From positions 12,834,001 through 12,898,000 of the forward strand of contig CM102285.1 in NCBI GenBank assembly GCA_046563655.1: a stretch of 64,000 nt of DNA. The letters run 5' to 3'. The notes under the pieces are model-generated. The model saw only the letters and a list, made by a program, of their open reading frames with translations, was not told the DNA's origin and ran no database searches. Shown in pieces: positions 1 through 13,345 of the stretch. Source of the stretch: Yuukianura sp. NJ FZ-2021 (Eukaryota). The position numbers were made by a program, and so were the translations under genes. Numbering within the stretch: the first letter of the stretch is position 1; each line of letters opens with the position of its first letter.

Positions 1-1510
1 TGATAAAGTATTGATCGTGTAGTCGTTTATTTACTGTTAAGTTTAGCCTTAGTTTTATTACATTTAAAACTTTTGTTCGTTGTTCATTAATTTAGAGCTA
101 TAATAGTTATTATAATTAGTAAAGTTCAAGCTTATATTTAGTCTAAGTTATACATAAAACATTTTGAATTCGTAGAATTGCCAAACTACAAAAATACGAA
201 TCCCCATTGGCATTTTCCACTTTTGTAGTTTAACTTTAACAGAGTAGCGCGAAATTCAATCTTTTGTTTTTGTCACTTTTTTTGCAAATTGCAATCTTTC
301 TTTTTTTGTTATTATCTAACATTAAAGTTAGGTATGTATGTTTAATTTAAATTATAATTACTAATTTTTCATTTTAATTTCAATGAAGTACTGAATGAAT
401 ACCTCCATTATGTTGTGCTTCACTTAAATCATGAAAGGACGAAACAACTTTTTGTGTTTTGCACTTTTATTTGATTCTGGTGGATGGTGGATGAAATTTT
501 TATGAGGAATTCGGAATTGCAAATCATTTTTTGAATGAATGAATGAAAACGAAGATGCAATTTTTTCAACAAAACATAAACAAGCAACTTCTTTTAAATT
601 ATCAAACTAAATAGATTTCACTATAGTACAAGTGCTTCCTAAAATCCGAAGTGATGATTGTTTTTTGGTCCTTGTCCTAGGTCATTAGGTGGATTTACGT
701 TTAATTGGTTTTGTAGATGTGCCATTCTTATCTCGGTAACGTCAATTGACAACTAGCTTCTCAGAATCTTATCTTTCGTCATCATCCCCCTTTCGCACTA
801 AATTTCAGCTGTTTTTCCTTATCCTTCGTGTTGTTCTTGTTCTTGGTGTTAATTTAACGTCCATATGTCATAAAGTGGGTTGGTTGAGTGGGGTTTCTTT
901 CCAAATCCAAATGCTATTTTAATTGGACAGGCAAAGGATAAGGAAGGAAAGGAATTAGAGTAGGGAATTGTCTATTCTCTATTGTCTTTCTTCTGTCTGT
1001 GACGTGACATAGTGGGCCAACAGGATCAAATTAATCAGTTGATTCCAATTTCTTGACACCCTCTTGCTGCTACAAGAGTGTGATACTAGTTTAGGGGTAA
1101 GAGTTTTACAAGTTTATCGCAAAAAACTAACGTAAGGTAGGCAAGAAATTGGTGCTGTGATGTACAAAAAACCCCTCGCCAAAAAGTAATTTATTGCACA
1201 ATAGAAAATATAATACGTAGCACTTTTCTTTGTTTGTTCAGGTCCGCCGAGCCGAGTTGGAACTTCAGCGTTTTACGTTTTCAACAGTTCCCAGCTGCTT
1301 GTTTTAATTGGCTACACGCGAAGTTGGTGACAGTTGAGCTGGACTCGCTGGATCTGACTAACTCCGATATTGGTCATCGCTTCCCCTGGTTAGACCCGGA
1401 TTCCCATCAAGGTATTTAAAAAGCACGATTTGCGATAGAACAAGGAAGAGAACACAACAACGTCAACTATTTACGTTTTGTACTGAATTTTCTTTTTGCA
1501 GTGTTCAAGA

Positions 1511-4500
1511 ATGTTTCTTTCTCAAGCATTCATTTGGCTATGTTTGTGCATACTGGTGCTCAATACAAAGGAAACAATATCATCACTGGCTAGGCGCCGA
1601 GCATCGGATGGCGCAGCACCGGGATCGGAATCTGTTATTGACGTGTTCATGCCCAAAGTGAAACCGCAGAAGGTGAATTACAACATCTGCTTTATGTCCT
1701 ATTTAACGTTAAAATGTTGCTTTTCGGACGATTCATATCTACTAAGTTCCCTAAATACTTGGCTTATTGTCAGGAAATGTTAGCTTTTCGTTGCCCTTGA
1801 GTTGACAGAAAGGCAAAAATGTTGTAACGACATTAAGAAAAGACATGCTTGCGGAATGTTTTGCTCTAATTACTTTTGGTAATGGATTTCAAACGAGGAC
1901 TATTCTGCAAAATATTGGGAAACCCGGCATTTTTTGGCTAAAGAATCACGGTTTTCGTAAACCAAAGGGAATAAAGCTTTGTGGTTTGACATGTTTTTAA
2001 AAACTGTTTGTCGTTGTATTTCAGGATGATGCGTACTTATGTACTTCCAAAAATGTCGCCTCCTTGGGTACGCAGTACATTCACAAGTTTGAGCCCAACG
2101 CTGAGGCATCGCGAGCACATCATATGCTGCTTTTTACTTGCGACACAGTAGAAAGTGAGCTGTTGCAGCAGGGCCACTGGTACAATGAATTCGAAATACT
2201 TGTGATTGAGCATAATATTGAGTTATTTGGATTTTTAACTGTTTGTTTACATCTTTGTCTTGAACAGGGATTGTGCACATCATTACAGTGCCTGTAGGAA
2301 CATGAGGATAATTTACGCTTGGGCCAAAAACGCACCGCCAACAATATTACCAAAGGTAACTTGAACCTTCATTCAGTCTGCCTTAGAAATTCATTCAGTC
2401 TGCCATTAACATTTTATTTGCAGGATGTAGGTTTCCGCATTGGCCCGGAGTCCAACATTTCATATTTAGTTCTTCAAGTTCACTATGCTCATCCAATTCC
2501 TGCTGATGAAACTGACGAAAGTGGTTTTAAGGTCGTCGTTTCCAATGAAGAGTGAGTCTCAAGAAATTCTTGTAAAAAAATCAATTTCCAACGATTTTTT
2601 CCAAATTGTTAAAAACCATTTTTCATTTCAGGCCGCAATATCTTGCCGGGATGATGTTACTTCTGCAGGGAGGACTGGAGATTCCAGGAAACACGGAAAG
2701 TAAGTGTGTAGTTGCAATAGCTAAAGCTTTTCGATGTTATTTCTTCCTAAATCTCAGTTTTTGATTGGTTGATTTTTAACTTTTGTTTGAATCCAGAAAC
2801 ACACGGGGATATGAACTGCGTGTTGCGATCTCCCGCGCCAATCGTTCCTTTTGCTTATCGTGTTCATACTCATCAATGGGGCGTCGTTGTGTCAGGCTAC
2901 CATGTGAAATTCGGAGATCTGGAATTTCACGAATTGGCTAAAGGAAATCCACAATGGCCACAAGCCTTCTATCCAATGAAGACCAAAACAGTGATAAATC
3001 CTAAAGACTTGGTCGCTGCCCGTTGCACTTTCAACACTACAGGACATGACCAAGAAACGTTCATAGGAATGACAGCCGGTGACGAAATGTGCAATCTGTA
3101 CATCATGTTTTACACTCAGTCGAGAGATCCCGATGACCATTTCATCCAATGTTTCAATGAACAGTACCAAGGCGTAAATCGGGCGTTGCCTCCTGACTCC
3201 GATGTTCCTTTGCCTAGAAACATTACGTTGGAAGAGCATGCAGCAGGGCACGCCCATCAAGGGAAACCGAGCAGTTCTGGTTCGTTTATTTCCTTGGTTC
3301 ATTGCAATCGATTTCTCTTTTTACTTGATTTTAACGAAACTTTTTTGTTGCTTTGCAGAAGAGCTCAAGAAGAAAAATCATGCAAAGAAACGACCAGGAT
3401 TTCAACCTTATGAATTGGAAGAACAAATTGCTTCAATTCCGCATCAGTTTGATAATCCACCACAACAATTCGCTGGCGATTACAACGGGTTAGCTGAAGG
3501 GGAGGACAGAATGGATCGTAAACTTCTAAGCACATCGGAATATCACGTAGTGGAAAATTGGCCTAAAGCGGAGGTTAAACTTGGACAAGCAACTGGAACG
3601 GATTTTGACTTGGCTGGAAATATTGTTGTTTTTCATCGCGCGGATCGTATTTGGGATTTTTCAACATTCGATGCTTGGAACAAGTATACAAATCGGAGAC
3701 TTGGACCTATTGCTACCGATACTGTTTATGTGATTCATCCCACTTCTGGAGAAATCTTACACCAATGGGGAAGAAACATGTAAGTTTGTTTATATTTTCA
3801 AGCTATAACGTGAACAAGTAGTTCATGATGGATCAATTACAGGTTTTACATGCCTCATGACATAACAATTGCTCCCAACGGTGATACATTTCTGACGGAT
3901 GTAGCGCTGCATCAAGTATTCAAGGTATAACTGATATTATGTTTGATTTTACTTAGAGTTGGTTCTCCAGTGCTAATGTTTGTGTGATTTTGAATTAGTT
4001 TAAACCTGGAGATTCCAAAGCATCATTAACATTAGGCGAAGCATTTCAACCTGGAAAAGACGACAACCACTTTTGCAAGCCCGCTGCAGTAGCAGTCATG
4101 AGCACCGGTGATTTCTTTGTTGCTGATGGCTACTGTAACTCAAGAATAGTCAAATTCGATAAACTTGGAAGAAAGATACTAGAATGGGGTAGACCATTCC
4201 AGCCAAGCATAGCTCAAAGGCTTATGATGACGGCTCCACCAGCGTATACTTTCAGCATCCCACATGCTCTTGCGTTAGCCGAGGATCAAGATTTGCTATG
4301 TGTTGCTGATCGTGAAAATGGAAGAATTCAGTGTTTCTCTGCATCTGAAGGAAGGTTTAATTTCATGGTTAGATCTGCAGCCTTCGGTGGCCGACTGTTC
4401 AGCGTCGCATATTCTTCCATGGGAGGTAAGTCCTTGTGCAGAATTTTTAAAAAATGCTGTAAAGTTAGTTGAAAGTTCAAATCTGTTGAAATTTTCACAG

Positions 4501-5184
4501 GAGGAACTCTGTTTGCTGTGAACGGAGAACAAGGTTCAGCCAAAGTCCAGGGATTTGTCATTCCACTTTCCACAAAGCGGGTAACAAGCGTCTTTAGTCC
4601 AAACAACAAAGGATTTGGTCAACCTCATGACGTTGCAGTGAGCAAGAACGGATCGCAAGTAATCGTTGTTGAAATCAGCACCCCATATAAAGTATGGAAG
4701 TTCGAACGAAATGCTGATGCTCGAGTTAACAAAGCACAGAATCCCATATCTCTTCCAATTACTTCTGGAATGTCAGCTGGGAAGACTCCGGTAAGTGACA
4801 AAGGCACTCAAATTAAAAAGGAAGCAAGTGATACTCAAATGGACGTTGGAGATGAAGCCTTCGGGAGTTCTGTTATAATCATGGCCTTTCTGACCATCCC
4901 ACTCTTGTTCTTGATTGGGGTTGGAGCCTTACTCAGACTGAGAACGAGTGGTAAGTAAATTATTACCGCAATTCAATTCATTTTGCTTAAATTTTGGAAT
5001 TTATGAATTGCTGCTTACAGTTTGCTGCAGAAAACGAAAGGAAACGAAGAGTTTTGCTGAGTTCTTCCCGCCGAGTGCCGGTTTTGAAAAGTTAAGAATG
5101 GACGAAGAAAGTGAAAGTGAAAACAGTGACACGGAAGTAGAAGAGTTCACTAAACCTGGATTTCGGAAATCGTTGAGGACTTAA
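1511..5184 (+). CDS. PAM: Bifunctional peptidyl-glycine alpha-amidating monooxygenase (signal peptide-PHM-linker-PAL-TM-cytosolic tail)
   Basis: Phase-consistent GT-AG exons: 1511-1672, 2025-2179, 2268-2355, 2424-2551, 2632-2699, 2797-3279, 3359-3779, 3843-3924, 3999-4425, 4501-4950, 5021-5184. PHM copper-ligand motifs AHHMLL, LQVHY, RVHTH, DEMCNLY. PAL motifs FHRAD, MPHD, ADGYCNSRI, PHALA, ADRENGRIQ, PHDVA. TM VIIMAFLTIPLLFLIGVGALL; acidic tail GFEKLRMDEESESENSDTE. Confidence 0.95.
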
Positions 5185-6217
5185 CAATTTTGGAAAGCAA
5201 GCAACATCCTTACCAAATGAGATTCAAAGACATCTTGCAAGCTCATCTGAGTCGGTTTCCCTTCGACTAAAAGTCAAAGGTAAACTTCGACATTGTTTTA
5301 CATGCACCAAAGAGTTTTTAATAGTAAGTTATTGTCAGAATCTCTAAAAACTTTTCACGCCTAAGTTTTCTTGCGCTTTAAAAATTGACTTGGACAGATT
5401 ATTTTGACGCTTTAACAATTCTAAATCACTAAAAATTCGAAATTTTAGTTGCTATTTTTCATGAACTGTAACCATATTCCAAATTGTGCAATGTGGAATC
5501 ATTTTGCAAGTATTAACTTTGTGGTTGGTAATTTGCTAAGATACTGGATGGATATTTTGGATCTGTTGAATAGATCAGATATAAATTTGAGAGTTAAATG
5601 GTTTATGTAAGGCGTTAAAATGTGATGATCTTTGTCAACTTACGGAACACATCTTGAGATAATAATTTAGAGTGAAAAGTTTTAACCTAATGTTTTGTTT
5701 TTCGAAATTTTATTTCAAAATCTCATTTTGTCAATGAAGTTCGAAATAATTGAGGAAGTTGTTCAATTTGGTGCTCCCCTGCCCTTAGCATAGGCTCTGA
5801 TTTCGTGTTATTTCAAACCAAAGATTTTTTTTCGGCTAATTTAGCATCTATTTAGCACGCCTAATGTTCACTTGTTGTGGAATTTTTAATTGATTTAGTT
5901 AGCTTATTCTTCTAAAGATTGGAAACAACTTGCAAATATTTTAATCAGAACTTTCTAATATCCGCAATTATTGTTAGGTTTGAAGTAAAAATTATTTTAA
6001 AAGTGAAAGAATTTTGAAAAGATTTCGAAAACAATTATGAAATTGAAATAAATAATTTGTATAATAAAATAGTCGATTTTTCATAATTTGTTTCATAATA
6101 ATCCGGAATTTTAAAATCTGAAATTATATTTACTTCTCGTCAGATGAATCACATTGAAAAGGTCAAATGAGGTCATTAGGAATGGTAAGATTGAACTTAT
6201 TGGTACAACGATGTTTC

Positions 6218-9200
6218 TTAGAATAATCCAGCAGCTTTCTTTAGGTTTTGCTGCTTCCAGGCTGCTAGGCCATCGAATGCTTTGTGGTCCATCTTAAACA
6301 CTTTTCGAAAATCATCTTCGTTCAGGTACAACTGAAAACGAAGATTTTGAAATCAGAATTTTAAAAAAAAACAACAACAATATTTTTTGAAATTTCAGGA
6401 TTTTACCTCCTTGCGTGATGGATCGACATCTTTTGGCAGTTTATCGGCTTCCTTTGCCGAAAGCACATCATATGGATACTTCTTGCATGCTGCAAAGTCA
6501 ACTCCTCCGTTCCTCTGAGATGCTTCGACATCAGCCAGTACTAGTCTGGGCTGTTCCGCTTGCATTGTGGCCTTCAATTCGGCAAAGGTTTTGTTTTCCT
6601 AAAAATGTCAAATAGTTTTTTGCTAAATTTCGAAATTTTGAAAATGCTTACATTCCAGAGTGCTGTGTCCCAAACGCCAAAGAATCCAGTGAACGTCGGT
6701 GGTTCGTAGCCCTGCTTCACTATCAAAATTGGAGCATCGTGGTCACGCACTGCTGGATCCGTTTTTAGATACTTCTGGGCCAATTCTACCGTCTTTTGCT
6801 GTTCCGTCTTGTTCGAGTGTGCTCCGAACCAAAGGAAAATGGTGTGTCCAACATCCAGCAACATGACATCATCTTCGACCAAATCCGTCTGGGTAAAGTT
6901 AATCACTTCTTCAGCTATACGAAATAAATTCAAAATTTTGAATTTAACAAAATATTTTTGAAAATTTTAGATCACAAGTATTGGAATTTACCTCGGAGGT
7001 TTCCAGTTGCATTTGAACACTGAAACAACCTCGGCGGAGCGTCGTGGTCCTCTACGGCAAGCCGCTTGTCTGAAGCATACTCCTCTTTTCCACCAATGGC
7101 ACTCCAGAAATCTTCTTTCTCTTGACCTTCATACACTGTGGACACATCAGCACGGTCTTTACAAGCAATCATTCGTCCAATTTCTCTTTCGTCGCCAGTA
7201 CATCCCTTGCCACACCATAGGAAAGAAGTCGATTCTCCAACAAGGACGAAAACGTCATTGGAATTGAGTGATGCAGCACGAAGCGTAACTTGAATTGCTC
7301 GACTCTCGTGGGCAGCACTTCCGCGAATTTGAAGAAGAAACGGTTTCACGGGTTCGTAGTTGCAGTCGTCAGCATCTCCCAAGTATACGGTCATGCTGCC
7401 TCCAAACATGGCGACAAAGTGTGGTGGCTCTTTTCCTTGCGTAACTCGGATTTGAATGGCTCGTCCTCCGACGGCATCGTCCAGCTCAACGGCAAACAGC
7501 GCCGCGGTGCCTTGATCCTCTGCTGTGGCTTTCAATCCCTGGAAAAAAACACGAATTCAGGGTAAGCAAATTTAGCAACGAAAAGTTCGTTATGACATTT
7601 CATGGAGGAATCTCTGATGTACTTACCAGCCAATAGTAAACCAGAATGTGTTCAGTAGCTCCAGTACTGGTGTACTTGACAATGTAACAGTCATGTTCGA
7701 AGAAGCTACCAAAGTAAGTTGGTTTGACAGGAATCAACTTGTGGTTGTGAACTTTAAAAACTTCTTTCTTTCCAGAAGCATCGTCCAGCATTTGAACCTT
7801 GGCAGCTAACTTCGGTTGTTCATGGAGACTCGAAGCGTCGAAACTGGTTTGAACAGTATGGGCAATTCCTTTTCCTGCACTAGACATTTGACGTCCAAAT
7901 CCAACCGACTGGTCCTTGACTTTCCAGCGACAAAACAATGATCGGAACTCTTCCGGTTCACCACCATCGATAACGCGTGACACTCGAGTGGTCTCCGGGT
8001 ATCCTTTTTTCTTAATAAATCCTTGGGCGTTTCGCATAGCCTCAATTCTCTCTTTGTTGCTAGCCTTCTTCCCAATCCAAACCCAAATGCCATGGCTCCC
8101 GTTGTCAACAATGAAGGAATCCTGCAAATCAGAAGCAAGTCAAGGTCAAGGGTAGGGTTGTTCAAGTTCCGTTCGGTTCCGTTTCTACGAGGAACGGTAG
8201 CGGCACTGGAACCGAGTTATTGAAAATGGAACGGAACTAGTTTAAAAATTGGGAAACAGAAACGAAACAAACGGCACCGAAACGGAACGGTACGGAACTG
8301 GGACCGAAATATATGCATAAGCTGAGTATGTATTATTCTGCATTTTTGATTCATATTCTATGAAAAGTTGACTCGAAACACTATTTTTTGAAATTTTGAG
8401 GAACTTTTCGTTTCCAGCTTTATTTTGAGGCAGAAACTGCTCCACCACACCATTGAACTGGAAACGAAACGGAAACGGAACTTTTATTTCGTTTTCAAAA
8501 TATGTGGAAACGGCTGCGGAACTGGTTTCGTTTCGTTTCAGGACCGGAACTTGCATATCCTTAGTCAAGGGGTCAACGGAATGCAACATGAGTGTGATTT
8601 TCAACTTACCCCAGAAGTGAGGTCAGCTTGGAACAATGGACCAGTTTTGACTTCCGTGACACGCAGAGTCCCTTCGTCGTCAGTACACCGATAGAGCTTG
8701 ATTTCGTAAGTGACCTGGTTGTCAGCTTTGGCGTCGTCAGTTGCAGGCTTAAGTAACTTTTGTTTGTCTTTCAGTGGCAAGTACGAATTGAACAACTTCT
8801 CTTCAGCTTCGTTCAACTTTTCTTCTTGGCCATCTTCCACGAAAATGATTGGTTGCAGTCCACCCATTTCGGCTTTGAATTGTTGTGCCACCTAAGGTAA
8901 ATTCCAATTTAACTTAAACCGTATCGCCATAAGACTTGACTAATTTGATCATAAATTGGAACCTTTGCAGCTTGGAGTCTCTCAAGGTGATTGGACGTTT
9001 GACCTTCCCAGATGAAAATGGCATCTTTCGTTTGGAGAACAAAAACGTCGCCGCTGTTCATGGCACTCCAGGAGATCTTCTGCGCTTGCGTGATCACAGG
9101 ACGCCGCTTGCCTTTGACTGAGAACAGTTTTGGTTGAATTGTGTTCGTAACATGATGAAATCCACTGTCCACACCACCTTGCAGGATTCTAAACAACAAA

Positions 9201-10821
9201 CAATTAATTCCATTTGAAGGTTTAGCCTGATTCCGGATGTCCGCAAACCCAGCGAACCTTGACGCTGTAACGAGCCTTGACTCACCTAAAGCCATTGGGA
9301 AAGTAAGACCGAAACCGCTGTGACTCAGAACCTTCTGTTTCACGATGCTGAATTGGAGCTCCACCCAGGAAGTCATCTGGAGTAGGAAAACGTATTTCAA
9401 TTAACAATTTTTCACACATTTTAATTCAAAATTTTGAAATTGCCAAGATTTCAAAAAATTTTCTGTTTTAGCAAATGCAATTATACCGAGCTCAACAGTT
9501 TTGTAGGCAGCCACACCAGCCTCATCTGTCGAACCACTTTGTCCTAGCCAGAAATGAATGTGCTGTTCCAAGCTGCGTGCTTCCTTCACCTATTCAATGG
9601 TAATTAAGCACCAGAGTTACTTAAGACACTAATTTGCACCCATTAGCCTTACAGGTTCATTAAAATTTCATTTTCATATGCAGGAAAACCAGAAAAATCT
9701 TAGTTTTAGTCACCACTATCCTCGTTGGAGAAAAAATGGAAAATGGGCATTGCGGATAGCTAAGTTCTTGAAACAATGGATTTGATTTTTATGATTTTTC
9801 ATCAAAATTTAGGTAGCCTGACTGATTGGATGAAATCAACACTCCATCGTATTCAGTATGGAGTTGCTGTGTGCTGATGGAATTGACTTGTTCAAGAGGG
9901 CCAACTAATCAGCACTTTTGTTCCAGTTGCAAATGAAGGTAGGTGATAATAAGTTTTCAGAATTAATCAGATTAATCAAGGACCTCGAGATGACAATTGC
10001 TTACTTTGAGATTGAGTCCACCGGCTTGGCCAGGTTCTGTAGCACTGTACACAATGTAGGCATCGCCATTGTAGAAACTGCCGTATTGGTCTCTCGGCAA
10101 AGGCACTAGTTGCAGCTTCTATTTTCGAGAAAGAGGCACAAAATTAATGAATATTAACTATACAATTTACTAATTCATAATTAATTTGAGTGGTTCGCTT
10201 AAATTCTGAATTTAAAAGTCGAGTTTTAATTCACGAATTTTGGAATTTCTGAATTCTCAGAAGCTCGAACAATTTTTTTTATTTTTGCAAATTGCATTCA
10301 CTCTGCAATCAGATTTTCACTAAATCCGCAATTTCATTGGAATTGGAAAGCTGAGAAAACATTGCAATTTTTGCAATTGGAAAGCTTTGTACCATCTGCT
10401 AACAAAATTATCTGTTCTAGATTTCCCAAATACACTACACTTTAATTACAATGCATGAAAATTGCATCTCGTTCTACTTCTAAACTCAAACCACTTTCTT
10501 TGTCAATTCAATTTAAAAAGTTAATCCATTAATCTGGTTTTCACTCGTGACTTTACAAGTTTTAACTTTCGGTAATCAAAGGTTATTGTTTCCAACGGCT
10601 TAATTTATGACACAGCGTAAAAACCTGAAATTACTCGGCAAATTACTCACTTTCCAAAAATTTTACAAATTAGATTCGAAATTATAGCAGATTTTAACTA
10701 AAAGATTGCACCGGTTTATGAATTTGTAAATTTTGAACGAACTTACTTCGATTCTCCAGATGAGAAAAGTTGTAGATCCTCTCGGGATTTGCTTAAAAAC
10801 TGGATCAACGGAGCCTGTCAT
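6218..10821 (-). CDS. Villin/advillin-like (quail-like) actin-binding protein: gelsolin repeats plus C-terminal headpiece
   Basis: Multi-exon model starting MTGSVDPVFKQIPRGSTTFLIWRIE (10747-10821), then KLQLVPLPRDQYGSFYNGDAYIVY (10005-10118), HIHFWLGQSGSTDEAGVAAYKTVEL, QHRETEGSES, MNSGDVFVL, RVTQGKEPPHF, LNSNDVFVL, PRLFQCSNATG, DLVEDDVMLLD, VKQGYEPPTFTGFFGVWD. Ends in headpiece LYLNEDDFRKVFKM..LAAWKQQNLKKAAGLF* (stop 6218-6220). Confidence 0.93.
8153..8563. mobile_element. Non-autonomous hAT-like MITE inside a villin intron
   Basis: Identical 8-bp direct repeats GTCAAGGG at 8145-8152 and 8564-8571 (target-site duplication). Imperfect terminal inverted repeats TAGGGTTGTTCAAGTTCCGTTC / revcomp TAAGGATATGCAAGTTCCGGTC. 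Many internal GGAAC/GAAAC subterminal repeats in both orientations; no transposase. Confidence 0.85.
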
Positions 10822-13345
10822 TGTTCTGAAATTTGAAAACCAGAGAAAATTAGTTGGTGAGCTTCACTTAACTTCATTTTGTAACTGGAATTTGAAATTT
10901 TTGAAAGTGAAAGTGTAGATGTACTTTTCGCTGGAGAAAGCGTCGTTGTCTCCCAATTGAAGCTCAGATGGCAACTGCCACTGCGGCCTCACCCTGACAC
11001 TCTCTCACTCTCGAGTTTAAGCCGACTTATCTAAATTTCTGTTGTTCAGTCTAACGATTATCGCTAGACAACGCATCCTACACTTGATGCTTGTGTCCAG
11101 TGCTATCCACACTGGCACTAATACTCGCAAATCCTCAGTCAAATTTTATTTTTTCATTTACTCTTTTTGGACATTAGTCAATAAAACAACGACATGAAAG
11201 AGTTTGCCAATTTCCTGCAAAGTTTGATTGGATTTTGTATACAAAAACCGATGAAATTTCAATTTTTCTACTTCCACCACATAGAGAAAAGTACTGGAAA
11301 AAAGTATTCAGGCGATTTCAAGAGCTGCTAATAATGCATTGCTCCTCGATGGTCAAAATTTTGTACCATACCATAACCATTTTGAACCGGCATTTTTTCA
11401 AAAATTTTTGATTTCGTTTGAGACATAGATCAGAATTTAGGCTAGGTTTGTGCTAAGTCATCAAATGCCCTTTTTGAACTTATTATTTAGTTGAATTTCA
11501 TGCAAACCTGACGCAATTTTTACTTAATCGGCACATTGGAATAGAAATTGTTTAAAACACTGCGTTTACCTAAATGCATTAAATTTTGATTAAAATTAAG
11601 TGAAATATTTAATTAAGTTGAACTTACCGAAGAGTGTTGGAGTAGTAGTTCATCCCATTGATAATCATTTTTGTTTGTTAAGCGTGGTACAGTTGACGTC
11701 TCACATTATCACAATTTCATAACACTTCAAACGCAGTATTCCGCATTTCTTTTGCAGTAGCTCAATATTTTACCATAATGGCACACTTTTTACGAACATG
11801 TTTTCCTTTTTTGGAAATCGATGCCGCAAAATTTCAATTGATTCTGCAGTGGTGGTCGAATTTTCCAAATTCGATACGGTTTTCCACAATTTTCCCAAAC
11901 ACGGTTTTGCAAAGAGAATCAATTTCCTAAAATTAAATTTCTAAAAATTAATTTCGCATGCTTCGTTTTGTAGAAAATTTTCACTTGTTTTCTAAAGCTG
12001 GACTGCTTCTTGACTGTGACTTTGTGAGCAAGAAACAAGATCAGTGCACTTGCATTACTGATGACTTCTTTTGCTTTTGACTTGACAGCTAAACGCACGT
12101 CACTTGAGAGTACAAGCGTGGAGTTAAATATTAATTTCAAGTTTTAAAACTTCAACTGAATTGTGCAGAAATGTGAAAACCTCTTTTGAAAAATAAGAGA
12201 AGATGCTGCGAAGATGAGATTCAATTTTGAAAGAATCACGATTCTCACGATTGAGGAAACAATTTGCAGATGACAAAATAGTTTTAAGTTGAAGGAACAT
12301 AAAAGTTAGGAGGGAAACTTTAGGAAGAAGAATGACAGACAGTTTTGTGCTAAAAGTGTGTATGCATGTCCCCCTCTTTCCTGTAAGTATTAAGCCATGA
12401 AAGTAATAATACGTACATACACACATGGGAACAGACAGTACACGGGTGCAACAGGTTGGAAAATAGTATGTAGTAAAAACTTTTGTAAATTTTGAGGTAG
12501 AAAAAAAAGTAACTTTAAAAAGTAAGTGGGGGACCCACTTTTGAAAGACGCAGAGATCAAAATGAGGTTTAGACGTTAGGGTACTATATTCGGGGTATGG
12601 AAAAACCCTAATGTTAAAATGCTGGTGTAGGGGAGGACGCTCGTGGGAACAATGGAAGACAGATGAAACAGACACAAGTTCCTACGGCCAATGACAAAAA
12701 TCCGTTACTAACATCCTTTAATTAATTCTTAATTTTTACTTCATTTGCAAATTTTCTCACCAATTGGACATGAGAACTCGAAACCTAAGGCAACTAACCT
12801 AATCCGTGCAATTTTGATGTTAAAGCTCAAGCGTAGCATAACAAATTAACACTCTAGCCTAAAGACTTCCTTTTGCGCTAAACTGGATCACCACATTTTA
12901 GAATTGTTTTACGTTCGAAATTTTTTTCGAATCGAATTTTCCAATTTTCGAATTTCGAATCAAATTTGCGAATCTAATCCGTCGTTCACAATCCATTTCT
13001 CATCTTTGTTTTCTCCATCCGTAAGCTTATGTAAGTTTAATTTTATAGCGGGGGAGGAGTCGAATAAAAATTTAATGGTCAATAGAAGTACTTGCTTCTA
13101 TGAAATTGAAACATAAATTGTTTAGTTGACATTTTCGTAATATTAATGTCCATTTTTAGTGTTTTCTGGAACAATGGACATTGACTTTTATGAATTACAC
13201 GAATCATATTAATTATGTTTAAAAATTCATTGTGTTCAGTAACTGTTAAACTTTTGGAGAAAGTAGTGGCATAAACCTAACGTGTCTTGATTTAAGGGAT
13301 ACCTAATGTGGATTCGTATTGTTCAAAATTTATGACAAATTGAGT

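Noticed and set aside
8242..8694. ORFs 8242-8604 (-) and 8425-8694 (+)
   Set aside because: They fall in the MITE/villin intron, are translations of GGAAC repeats, and have no transposase motifs.
9190..9285. 96-nt GC-richer villin intron as an in-frame retained segment
   Set aside because: Retention gives an immediate TGA (AG|G TGA).
12124..12675. 183-aa minus-strand ORF
   Set aside because: Non-ATG start, F/S/T-biased composition, no motifs or supporting splice structure; likely a chance ORF in the villin upstream region.
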